A stretch of 63,534 nt of DNA, the filler included, from Platydemus manokwari (taxonomy: Eukaryota): NCBI GenBank assembly GCA_037951405.1. It is 6 parts of 6 records of this genome, joined end to end, with 100 filler letters (N's around TTAATTAATTAA, not from the genome) between each part and the next. Parts side by side here need not be neighbours in the genome. Positions count along the whole stretch, not along the records: positions 9,525 to 22,149 come from JBBMOY010041124.1; 5 more parts are not named here. The stretch is one strand, 5' to 3'. Positions within the stretch are counted from its first letter, which is position 1. Every line of letters begins with the position of its first letter. The notes beneath the pieces are model-generated. The model saw nothing but the letters and a program-made list of their open reading frames with translations. It did no database searches and was not told where the DNA came from. Position numbers and translations under genes: made by a program. Of the stretch, positions 9,596 through 22,249 are shown piece after piece.

Positions 9596-12500
9596 ACTAA
9601 TAATAGTATTATTAATTATGTTTATCGCAATCTTATTAAATTTATTTATCTTATTAATAATAATATTTTCAATTTATAAATACATAAATAAACATCATGC
9701 AATTCATTCTATTATTAAAGTACTGAAACTGCAAGAAAACTCTCTCCATATATATTGTGGACAAACTTTCTACTTTTACTATGTCGGTAGATATTTCTAA
9801 ACTTTGCAGAACATTATTCAAAATAAATATCCAAGAAATCACTGCCTTGGGATAAAAATTGATGAAGAAACCAATTAATTAAATTCTGCTCTTTTTTTGT
9901 CTGCTGCATATTTTTTGGCAGAAAATTTCAAGTTTCAGTGTCACAACAAAATCGATCGACACTGATAAAGAGCTCATTTTTTCAAAATAATGAAAGATCC
10001 ACCGTTCAAAGTTATTAAAACGTATCGCAGATTGTGGAGAGATTCTTTGTTGTTATAAAGATATGCAAAAATAAAACAAAATTCTGTTTTTCGTAGTAGG
10101 ACGATAAACGATTGGAATCAATGCTTATAGAATTATAAATAAGTGTTGTCACGATTGACAATAGGAAACAAAAAATACAATAAAAACCGACTCATATGGC
10201 CAAGCAATAACTGTTAAGTGGGGGCCCATGTGAATAAAATGTTCATGACCTCGAATTCACCAATGAATGAATTATTAAATGGTTGATTCTCTATTCAACA
10301 CTATACTAATAATGAGAATAACCGATCGAAATTTGTCTATATTTTGACTACCTGCTTGGAGTGCCTATGGTGCAATCAGCAAATTCATTATAAAACACAA
10401 TTAACTGCTAAAACGTTATAAAACAGACATTGATTTTTAACAAGTCAGCACCAACACTGTATTTAACCACTGTATTTAAACAAATTACCGCTTTTGTTAT
10501 AAAATTTTATATTTTATTTGAGTTGATTATTTAAAAAAATTGAACGGCAAAACTTTATAATCTTCACACTTACTCTACTACTTACAAATAATAAGCAAAT
10601 ATTATTATCATTGTTAATAACTCAAATTATATTATATTTATAAATAAATTATATTGAAAATAAATGAGATTATTTGCTTTATCACGTGTTTCAAATGAAC
10701 AAAAAATCGCGACGTCTCACACCTATGCTTTATTCACAATATATGTCATTCAAAAAACAAATTCACCAACACACCTCATGAACACCAATTCATTCAAAAG
10801 TCAGTCACATATATCATTTTATTTGTTGAGTGGATATTTTATATTGTATTTGTTGAAGAGTGTTCCGCTTCTCATTACATTGTCATTATCACCACAAGTA
10901 TCTTCCTAGCGTAAAGATTAATGAGTTTTTATTATGTTTTGCACTTCCTATTTTGAATGGTCCGAGCTGTTCTAATGTAGTAATCATAATAAAACAGTTT
11001 TATCAGCGCAATAGCACTACAGGTGGTGCGATGAACCCGTAAACTGTCGCTGCGAAACAAAATTGGTTATAAAATAGAAATTAAAGAATAAATATCTCGT
11101 GAATATCAATCTCGATCATTTTGAAATTTATTAATTTTCTCGGTTTATTTCTTTTTCTCATTTAATCATTATTAAGATCTAACCAGTAATTTAATTAATG
11201 ATTAAGCGTGTAACGACCGAGATAAAATTTATTTCGAATAAATTTCTTTGTTGTTTAAAAACTTCCATCTTTAGTCATTGATTATAATCAATGTTTTCCG
11301 TATAGTTTCGATTGAAAATCTTTAATAATATTTTAGAATGATTTCCTATTTTGAGAAGTAAATTAATTACTGGATAATTATCGAGGTTCAAATGTAATAA
11401 CGGATATCATCGAAACTGTAACCTTTTCGTATTTAATCCTTCAAACAAACAACCGTGTTTTGAATTGAAATTTTATCTTTGTCTTTTAATTTAGACAGTG
11501 AAATCTCCAGCGCAAGCTGAGGGCTATATGAGTAAAAAGGGTCATTTTTGAGCTGCAGCTAATGCGATATGTATTTATGTAACTACGACATGTGAGTAAT
11601 GCATATCGAAAATGATGGCACATCTGTATACTGGTTCCATGTATTTCCACACTTGCATACTATCTGCACTCATATATCAAGCGTTTCGTGATTTGATAAT
11701 GTTCTGTATCCTGATAAAAATTATTTATGTGTGTGTATGTGTGTGCGTATTCTAGATGATAGTGCTCGCGTATACCCTTATATAATTTACATGAATGTTG
11801 TGATAAAAGGTAGTTTTGGGGTTGAACTTCTTACGTTTGTTTCAATAATAATTATTATTATCTAAAATAGAAGTTTCAGCCACGAATTTGAAATAAGTTC
11901 TGTCAGAAAAATCAGGCAAGAGTAGAATTTTAACAGGACACCATAGAATTGAATGATGACAAATTTGCACATATCGCTCCTATGTCTAGAGAATGAGTTT
12001 TAACGAGGTGTTGAGTTATTTATAAAAATATCCACAGAACATAATGATAAAAAAACAGAGTATTCGATAAAATATGTATAGAATAAAAAGAAAATGAGGT
12101 ATGAGAGGAAAATTTAAAAATTTGAAAGAAAAGTGGATTTGATGATTTTTACATAAGCGATATAAATAAAAGATTTTCAATGTTAAAAATTCCTTTGATT
12201 TTTGTCTATTTTTTCGGTTGAACTTTTACAATTTGTATTTAATGAAAAAGCAGCAACTGACATATTTTATTTCCTCATTAAAGTTTTTTGGAATTTTTAT
12301 AAATGCATCTTTTTCGAAATTTTGTTTTGTATTCATAATGCAGTCAAAATCTGGACTAACAATGACCTTTATTCGATTGGTTAATGAAATATCCAATGAA
12401 ATACTAAAGTGAATTTAAATCGATAATTAACACAATTTTTTTCATGATGGCTCTTCTGAATAAAATTATCAGCTAAACAGCTAACAATCTGCAACCCAAG

Positions 12501-14974
12501 ACAACGTTTACAGAAAATCGGTGTTAAAACGGAATCCCCATTTATATCCAACTTGTATTCTTATCGTTTTAGAATTTCTGATTTCGCTTGGGATTAAATA
12601 TTTTCTTCAAAATATAAAGGACGTTTTGAATTTTATTACATTTAGCTACCTAGTAAGCTTTAAATAGTTTATCAGAATGAAATTATAACAAACAAAATAA
12701 ATAAAGAGGAAGTTATTACCGATAGCGATAAGCAAAGCGAGCAATATAACTATAGAATTTCACACATGACTATATGTGATAAAATAAAATATAATATAAA
12801 AAGATAAACCAGTTGTTTTCGCAAAAAAGTCGATTAAAAAAATAACAAGTAATAAAATATTATTGAAAATAATCTCGGGTAATTATATAACGATATTAGT
12901 TTGTGCATACAGTTCCTTAAGCCGCTACTATTTAATAAAACACGTATTGAAAGCTACCTGAAAAGTCATGACACCAAGTTATTTTATTTAATTCTCTAGA
13001 TATTTATATTTGTAAATATTCCCATCTCCATATCTTCTTTTATAGCTTCTATTATCGTCATTATATCTGTTGTACATTTTCTCTATATCTTTCTCCTTCT
13101 CTCTTATAATGTCCTGCCATATACCTTCTCAGGTTCGAACCCGAAAGCCACTAATAATTTATAAACCACTTAGTGGAAACCAACATAAAAATAACCACAC
13201 CAAATTATATATCCTTTAAATTTTAAAATCATCCTTAGTCCTATAGCAGTGAATTCGTATGGCTCCTCGTGATTGAAAACTTAATTCATAGACTGTGTGT
13301 GAATAAATGATAAGCTTCAAATCCAACTGTTAAATTTGCTTTTTAAAACCAATAATCTAATTATGTGATTTACGGTGTATTTTGCACGGCATTCTGTAAC
13401 CATATGAAACTGATTACTGGAAATATCTCCTTTGACATTCTAAAATCGATTCGTTTAAACGACAAGGAACAAACAAAGTGAACAATTAGAAATTGAAAAC
13501 GATTTCCAAGCCAAAAGTAAACAACCGAAAAATTGCCCATGGTTTTTTGACAGGTAATTAATGAGATTATAATTACATTAACCAAACCAATGGATTGCTG
13601 GCTAAAAAACTATTTTCTTCACTCAATAATTGAGGCATTTTGTATTTCGTGTAAAATTTAGTCGGGTTTTCAAAACTGCTCACAATACTAGCAATAATTC
13701 AAATCAATCAATCCCGAATGTTGATTTAGAATGACACTATCGAACAATCAATTAAAACAAAAATGTGATTTTTTAAAATTTTTTTTTGATGTATTTAATA
13801 TTAATTATTAAATTTTTAAAATTATAATTTCTGTGAATAATTGAAAAAAAACAAAATCCAAATAATCTCTGCAATCATTAAGTTATCATTTAGAATTATT
13901 GTTGTTATTATTGGGATAAATATGTTGATATGGAAACAAAATCCTATTTATAGTAGATGCAATTACCGATTGTAAATTATTATGACTCAATTAATTTACG
14001 GATCAATGTTAGAAAATCAATACAGTTTCCTGGTTGATTATAAATTATCGAGCCATTTAAAACAAACTGTTAACTACAAGTATGTCAATAAAACTGGTTG
14101 AAAACATATCTAGGAAAGTCAGCTGAAGGCAATTTTTCCTAAATCATAAATATTCAAACAAATTATTAAATGATATTTTTGATTATTTGTTGTATTAAAA
14201 ATTATTTATATAAACTTTAAAAAAATACTTTTTGCTTTTGTTCTTTTTATTTTCCATATTTTCTATACTTCCATCTTTTATACTTCTTGTATCTTATCTA
14301 TATATTATTGGGAACACTGGTAAACATTGTTAGATAACTAATCATATAATAATCATATAATATTGATAGAAAACATGAACTTATCTCGACACAATAAATA
14401 TGAACACAATAACATAGAAACAATAGTGAATATTGATAAATAAATAGAGATCCTTTAATAATCAAATAAATATCAATTATATTAATTAAGCACAGAATTT
14501 TTCATCCAGAATTTTCAGAATTTCCTAAAATAACCCTAAAAATAAATAAATAACAAGAACAGTTGTAAAGAAATCAAAAAATAGAAACACGGTTTAAAAA
14601 TAGAAAAATGAAGAATTTCAAAACAGAAATAGTAACAATAAAAACTGAAAATAGAAGAAGAGATCGAAGAAGAAATTAAGCTAATATAAAAAGACAAAAA
14701 AGAAAGTCAATGACACTAATAAACTAAAACAAAAGAAGTATGACAATTTACTAGCAAAAATTTCACTTATCAAGTTGAAAATTACTGAAACAAATCAAGA
14801 TAATTGCTTATTTCTGCTGCAACAAATCAAGGATAATTAATTCACTATTCACAAGTTACTCAAATAATTTTCTCAATTCATTTGGATAATTGTTAATCCC
14901 GTCACTGGCAGGAACAGATTCAGTTTTCCAACTATAAAAAGGAGCATTCTATTGTCGCTCAAAAAAGGAGAATC

Positions 14975-15078
14975 GACGAAAATGAGCAAGAAAACTAAAC
15001 GACGAAAAGGAGCTAGAAAACTAAACGACGAAAAGAAGATAGAACTCTAAAAGACGAAAAGGAGCTGATAAACTAAAA
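14975..15078. repeat. Minisatellite, 4 x 26 bp (GACGAAAAGGAGCTAGAAAACTAAAC)
   Basis: Units start at 14975, 15001, 15027 and 15053. Confidence 0.9.
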
Positions 15079-16146
15079 GAAGAGGACCAACAGGGAAAAT
15101 AACAGAAGTTACCAAACGAAGAGATACAGAAAAGAGCTTACCACAGGACAGTCACTATCAGGATAACTGTAAGACATCATTAGTATTTGTCGTAAAGCAT
15201 TTATTTGGTACATTATTTACTTTGATTTTAATTATAATCAATCATATTTTGTAATAACTCACAAGTAAACACCAACAACGAATATCGTTGTACTGGTACT
15301 TTCCTGTTTAATTATATTCAATTTAAATATCTTATTAAACCGATAATTAATCTTTGATTAGTAATTCAACTTTATAAAAAAAAGAAATATTATAAAAAAT
15401 ACTTGTATAAATAACGATTGAGCATCCATAAATAAAAAATCTAGATTGAACCCGGTTCAATTAGACATAATTGAAATAAAAAACAAAAATTAAAACAAAT
15501 CTGGTTCAAGGGATTACGGTGCCAGGGACATCCATAAGAGATCAAGAAAAATCTTAACACTCTATCTGTATAGAGTCAGCAAAATCACATAATTAAGCGT
15601 AAACTCTTCACTCTTGTGCCCGGTTATTTGTTAATCAACATAACTAGTATCTATCATCATTATTCTCATAAATCAATTTGTTTATATTGTACTTGATATT
15701 TAGACCTCAATATATTTATAAACGAATTTAGTTTTTATTTATATAAGTATTGTAATAGTTATTATACACAGCACCTTTGAAGTCAGGTGTTGCAAAATAG
15801 TCAATAAATAAGGAGAACACGCTCATACGTTGCGAGATTAAATAACTCACTTATAAATTATATTCAACATCTTATAAAACCCCAACAAATTTAATAAAAA
15901 ATCAAAAAATGGAAAGTATTCTATTTACGTAAATATTCTATTTACTTAAAGAATTAGATAAAATATATAAAATTAATTTATTTATAGGTAATATGTTTCC
16001 CGATAGACCATCAAAGAGTAATCTATTGTAATTTATATTGAATGATGATCTTATATTAATTCAAGAATAAATCATGATCGTAAATTTATTTTCAGAAAAT
16101 TATCCTGACTTGACGTATTATTAAATTTCTTATTTAATTTAATAAA

Positions 16147-18460
16147 ATGGAGGATCAAAAACTTTATCCAATCCTTGATAATTTTAATAATCCAAGTGCT
16201 CCAACAGATTCTCAGAATATGAGTCCAGCCATTCTGGGTTATAAAAATAATACATTAAAAGTAAATATTAATAAACTTAGAATTGAAAATTTTATGAATG
16301 AAAAAAGAGTTTTAGAAGAATAATTATTTTGGGTACACCTCCAGCCTATCAGCCTAAATACATTTTTTTTGCACAACACTTTGTACATATATATTTTTGC
16401 ACAACATTTTGTACAGATACATATCCCGAAGAAAAACATTCATAACTGAGTATATAACCCTATCAAATAACCGCAAAGCATTAAGTAAAAAAAACCTTGA
16501 TTATGGATTTGCGACTAAAGGAATCGTGCCTGAGGACGCCAGTTATTCAGTACAGAGGTCGATGCATCGAACGCCAAACAATCAGCCTCAAGAATCAGCC
16601 CTCAGCTCTCCAGTTATGGCATAAACAATTATCTGATAACTGTGTACTCAACATGAATGTTAACAATTTATTTTTGCTTCTTATTATTATGTACGATTTA
16701 AAAACAATTGTTTTATTATTAGTGTTTTGCTAAAAAGAAACAAATATTTAGCATGTGTATACAATTTGTGTATTCCGACGGAGCAAGTAGCAGATTGGGG
16801 AATGTGGTCCGACAAAATGACAAAATAAAATATATTAATAATTATAAAGAGTAAGCACATAAATAAATAGAGCGGAATAAATTAAGCTATCAGAATAAAT
16901 AAATAAATAACAAAAAAACAGTTAAATGAAATGAAATAAATAAATTAATTAAGATAAATAAGAAAAATATTTAAATATATATAAATATATAAATAAATGG
17001 AAAAAAATTAATCAGTTAGATTAGATCAAAATTAATTAATTAAAATAATAAGCGTGTAAATATACCAGATGACAGCAGTAATTGAGCGATAAGCAGGTGA
17101 CGATACGGGAACCGACACCTATAAATGCGGATGTTAGTTTTGAGCACCACACAATAAAAAATAAACACAATTCTTACAGTTCGGACGAAGCTAAGAAGAT
17201 TACAACTATTGCTGTTTCGAAACAAATTAATTAAAGGATATTATCACGCTCAACCTTGGTACGCTATCGGAGAAGCATTTTGCACATTGGCAATTCGTTT
17301 ATCATTGTTGGAGTAATAAGCAAATTCTGGAATTCAAACCTAGTAAGAGCTTTTCCAATAGTCATTTATCATTTTCTTCAAACGCTTACTCTTTAAAACT
17401 AACTTATAACTAATCATTAATTTTATGATCATCAATTTTATGATATTATTTCATTTTGTCGGTAAATAATGTCCCCCATTTTGCGCAATTATAATTAGCT
17501 TCGTCCGTTCCACGTATTTACCTGTTAATCGCTAAGGCGAGTTACGGGGTATTTGATAAAATTTTGTGTTCTCTTTTTATACTAATTGTTATACTTCCAT
17601 TTCTTAATTAATAAATATTTTTACTTTAAATTCGATATTTTGATTTCAGAACTAGTTAGCATTGCACATAATCGATACGGTCATCGTTTTACCATAAAGC
17701 GTTCATTTGTGACGTTGTTTATATTATCATAAGTTAATAACTAAGTTTACGAGACTATAGTTGCATTGTTATAATATTGGTCATTGAAACACTAACTCGC
17801 TTATCTTATTATAAGTTGCTAATTAAATCCGGGTTTATGAACTTCTCATTATTTTCAGGCTAGAGCAACTTCAGTTCCTCTGCGCTCAATTATTAATTTT
17901 AAGCTTGAATCATTTTCCAGTAATTCGGTCATCATACCGGTTACTGAAGCCCCTAGAATCAGTAAAATAAAAAGTCAATCGCAACCGAAAAAATCACTTT
18001 TTATTTAATAATTAGATCATTATAATAAGTTAAAAAAATAAATGGACTTTTTAGTATATTAACAACTATTTTACCAACTGTTTCGGGTATTGGAATTTTA
18101 CCCACAATTACTTTATATTGTGGTGTAGTAGTTAGTTTATTTACAATAGTATAATCTGTTATGGGGGAATTATTTCATGTTGGATTAAGTAGTAAAAAGA
18201 AAAAGATTTAAATGAAGGTTTGAAAAGCGATTAAATTATATCGATAAATTATATTTATTTCAAGTAAAAGCTTTGGAGGATAGTATATTAACTGATGAAG
18301 AAATTATTAAAGCTAAAGATATAATCAAAGATTTGCGTAAAGAAATTTTGAAAATTAAGGAAAATAATATAAAATTAGAAAATAAAATACAAGAAGCAAA
18401 TAAAGAACATAAAAAAGAATTAAAAGAAAAATATCGTGAAGAGTTAAAACATGAAATAAA
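16147..18460 (+). pseudogene. Polinton PW-type (GasderminX-like) membrane protein gene split by a 1.68-kb insertion
   Basis: MEDQKLYPILDNFNNPSAP...RVLEE*L, then the insertion, then DHYNKLKK..ILPTVSGIGILPTITLYCGVVVSLFTIV..KALEDSILTDEEI. The LYP/PSAP start, hydrophobic hairpin and KALxDxxIxxEE motif are typical of this Polinton ORF. Confidence 0.6.
16327..18006. mobile_element. Unclassified 1680-bp insertion flanked by an AATAATTA direct repeat
   Basis: AATAATTA at 16319-16326 and 18007-18014; removing the insert rejoins the Polinton reading frame. Confidence 0.6.
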
Positions 18461-18900
18461 ATGGAAGAAAATTTATATCTATAATGTTCATTTTGTTTTC
18501 GTATCAAAAATATTAAATGTTTTTATGAAAATAGAAATCAATGTAAAGTATGTCTTCATAAGAAACAGGTTAAATATCGAAATCAAAAATATCAAACAGA
18601 TTCACAACATAGATTTAGAAAAAGTATTTCTGATAATATAAAAAATTCTTTGAAAGGAACAAAATCTGAAAATACTGTAAACTACCTTGGTTTATCGATT
18701 GAGATATTCAAAAGACGGATTGAATTTCAATTTAAAAGTGATATGTCATGGGATAATCAAGGTACATATTGGCATCTGGATCATGTAATTCCCGTGTCAT
18801 CGTTTAATTTTGATAACTAGGAAGATAAGTGTAATAATTGGATTATTTAAGACCTTTAGAAGCTAGTGAAAATTTATCAAAAAGAAATAAAATTGATGAT
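18461..18900 (+). pseudogene. CxxC zinc ribbon plus HNH-type endonuclease of the kind found in large DNA viruses
   Basis: CSFC..CKVC..NYLGLSIEIFKRRIEFQFKSDMSWDNQGTYWHLDHVIPVSSFNF..CNNW..LRPLEASENLSK, with 2 stops and 1 frameshift. Not in the supplied ORF track. Confidence 0.85.
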
Positions 18901-19027
18901 AATTTATTTGTATTTCGAATGGTTAAAGTTGAGAAATTTAAATTAGTAAATAATATTGGTAAAGATTATTATTTAAGTTTAAGCGAAGAATGAAATATAA
19001 ATGTAGTTAAAAATTGAAAATTTTTGT

Positions 19028-20990
19028 TTATATTACGTTTTCAAAAGGTGTAATATTAATACCATTCCCACAAATAAGTCCCTTTTTGTCAAAATTATGT
19101 AAAGCTAATTTATTTGTTTTTGATGATTGAATATCATGTTTATCAGAATATATTATAATAACATTTTGATAATTATCTTTGTTATTAAATAGGCAATCTT
19201 TAAATAAGTCCATATTCATATTTTTATTAATTACGGCTTTTTTAATTACCTTATCCTTTATTTTTGGTTTAATCATAACATCTAATTGCTATCCATTCTG
19301 TTAAAATCTTTCCATTTAATTCATCTTTAAATTTCCCCGGTACTTTTTTATTTATTGTGTTATATAATGAATTATCTTTATTATAATCTGAGAAATCAAA
19401 TTCAATCATTATTTAAATCTTTATAAATATCCTCTGTTTTAATATTTAATATGTATGAATCTGTATCCATATATAATATTTCAATATTTTTTTATATTTA
19501 GGTTTTAAAATACTATAATAAAATTCATATATTAATAATTTGCTTAATTATAGTATAAAAAATTCTAAATAAATTGTTTTACTTAATTTTACCTGTTACT
19601 TTTGATAATGTGTTGCAAATAAATCATCACTGAATTTTGCGAATCTTTTATAAGTTGGTTTTGTATTATGTTTTCTTGCTTTAAGTGGATCGCTAAATAA
19701 TTTTATATTTTCATGTTTTCTAATATTGTCGATAGTTTCACCAAAAAAGCATTGTTCATTAGTTTCCAGATATCTTTTTCAAAATCACTTGTTCCTCTTG
19801 TTCTCAGATTTGTGTCTGATTGAATGTATTCTTTCAACCATTCTTTTTGAAAACACATTATTATTCGATTTACCCTTTTTAATTTCATTCCTGTTTTTAA
19901 ATAGAATTTTAGATTTCTATAGTGAACAACATAATTAGTTTTATCTATTTAGTCACTAATTAATAATTCAGATAGAGGTATTTTTTCTTTTTTAATTTAT
20001 TCTTTTGGAGTGTTACTAAATATTTCAAAATTTACTTTCTTTTTTGTATATTCAAGATCAACTTCTAACACCATTGCCTATTTTGAATTTGGGGGTGTTT
20101 GATTTAATGTTGATGTAAATTCTTCTAAATTATTATTTATTTCAATTGAGTCTTCTTGATGAACCGATTCAAATTTTTCATAGGGTAATGGTTGTCTGAT
20201 AGCCCAACCCTATAAACTATTTGCATCGATACACATTAAGTAATTCTTATCAAATATTTCTGGTGATATTATTTCTTTGTAATTCATAATTTCTAATAAT
20301 TTCTTTGCTTCATATTTATCACTTATTTTATAATTTTCACAATCGGGATTAGTAAATTTACTATTCGCTCTAACATATCTTTTTCCCATTACTGATGATA
20401 ATCCTCCTCTTATTCCTTGTTCGCACATTTCACACATTGTTTGATCTGTAAACAATTCTAAATTTATACTAGTTTCTTTTAATCCTGATTCCCATGTTAA
20501 TGATGGTGATGAAACATAATGAACTGGATCTAAATTTCTTTGGGTCATATTATTAGTTCAAAAAGATTCGATTGAATCAGCTAATATGTCTACATCTTGT
20601 TTTAAATATAGAATTGTATAATCCCATAATGTTCTACATTTGAATATATTCCTCGTTTGTTATCCCACTTAAAATTAATTTAGAATAAAAGCATTCTATT
20701 GGTAGTAAATTTGTTTCAATTATTATTTCTCGATTTCTATTAAATCTGGATCTCTTGAAATTAATTTTAAATAAATACAAGAAGGTATTCGATTAGTTAA
20801 AGCCTTTGTTACTTTACCTTTTGATTTATTGGTTGTCTAATAACACATTCGATATCAGCAACAATTATAAAAGGAACTGGTATTTGATGGTTATAATTAT
20901 TAAAATTTAAGATATTGCTATAGGCAGAACTTCGTTCATTATTATGTTTACTTGGCATAACTACTCTTGAGATTTCCCTTCCATCTTTTC
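19028..20990 (-). pseudogene. polB: Protein-primed family B DNA polymerase (pPolB), fragmented with internal deletions
   Basis: VPFIIVADIEC (~20850-20885), LDPVHYVSSPSLTW, GIRGGLS, IDANSL*GWAIRQPLP, KLMNNAF, ILYMDTDSY (~19455-19480) and VPGKFKDE. Confidence 0.93.
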
Positions 20991-21249
20991 CACATATTCT
21001 TAGATGATTTTCAAAACTGGTTTCTTTTACAAAGTAAGAACAACATTTATCACAAATATTCCGCCTTTTCTTAGATTTTTATTTGATTTCTATTTTTGTT
21101 TTTTCTTAGATTTCTTTTTTTTGTTTCTTCTATTTCTATTTTTTAATTTTCTTATATTTCCACTTTTGTTTTTTCATAAATTTTTATTTTATAAAGTGTA
21201 TAGTAGTAGCATTTGAAGATTACCCTGTCAAAAGTCTGGAATTCACTAC

Positions 21250-22062
21250 TACTTACAACCTCCTTTTTCTGAAACATATTGAACAAGAAAAACTAAATCT
21301 CTCTAATTTACATCCCCTGCCCGCCTCTCGAGGAAATTTAGATTCATAAGTAAAATTACCACCAACTCCAATATTATTTTTTTGTTATTATAAAATTCTC
21401 AGAAACAATACCATTTATATACAGAGTTTATTACCTAACTTAAGATATTTTTCAAATTTTTAGGTAGATTATCATTAAAAATCAAATCTCTTCTATTTCT
21501 ATAGCAGTTAATATTCTCCTCTCCCTTCATTCAACAGATATGTTTTTGTGTTCCCCACCTCTCATTAACTTAAATATTAGTTGGTTTTCTTAGATTAATG
21601 AGAGATTCTGACAATTGTTTTATATAATTACACTTTTAAGAAGATTATTACATTTTCTTCTAATCGTCCTCCAGATTGAACGCACATTTATTTTCTGCAT
21701 CAACTATATAAATTCTGCTTCTGTCTTTCATTTTATTAACTTCACATTTTTAATCATTGTTTCATTCATATTTTTTTATCATTTATCATGAAAACCATTC
21801 ATTTGCATAAAAAACCGAGTTTATTAATGTTTTCTTTATTTTTAATAATATTTTCATTGTTTTTAATAATGCTCTGTTTATTTTTTCTAATTAATTCCAA
21901 GCTTTTACTTAATATAGGATTTAAAATATTATACTTTTATTAATTTAACTAATTTTATTTTCAAAATAATTTTTAATTTCTTCGACGTAACGTTTATTAA
22001 CAGCATCAAAATCATTTTCTGGATTTCCTAAATTTGTTATTCTGTAACTATTTAATCTTAAA
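21250..22062 (-). pseudogene. Fibre-like Polinton ORF remnant
   Basis: LNSYRITNLGNPENDFDAVNKRYVEE (~21978-22055) fits the I-x-N-L-x-x-P-x4-DA-x-NK-x-YV stalk motif of viral fibres and YadA-type proteins. Confidence 0.6.
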
Positions 22063-22149
22063 TTGACTATCATACGAGGACAGGTTGAGGAAGGCGTTTG
22101 GCCAAAAGAAATCCTTCGCTCAGGATTGGATGGAGGCTCTAAGCTTCAG

Positions 22150-22249
22150 NNNNNNNNNNNNNNNNNNNNNNNNNNNNNNNNNNNNNNNNNNNNTTAATTA
22201 ATTAANNNNNNNNNNNNNNNNNNNNNNNNNNNNNNNNNNNNNNNNNNNN
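22150..22249. other. Assembly gap with linker
   Basis: N44-TTAATTAATTAA-N44. Confidence 0.98.

Larger units (their letters stand above)
15970..22062. mobile_element. Decayed Polinton/Maverick (adintovirus-like) element, internal fragment
   Basis: Cluster of pPolB, membrane-protein, HNH and fibre-like remnants. No TIRs, integrase or capsid genes recognised. Boundaries approximate. Confidence 0.85.

Noticed and set aside
9780-10440. Possible non-LTR retrotransposon C-terminus (SVFRSRTINDWNQ or INAYRIINKC)
   Set aside because: Two incompatible readings in different frames; too decayed to call.
14975-15078. Regularly spaced repeats as a CRISPR-like array
   Set aside because: Units are head-to-tail with no unique spacers, in a eukaryotic context with no cas genes.
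22063-22149. Short GC-richer stretch reading LSYEDRLRKAFGQKKSF
   Set aside because: Under 90 bp and cut by a gap; probably another TE fragment but unclassifiable.
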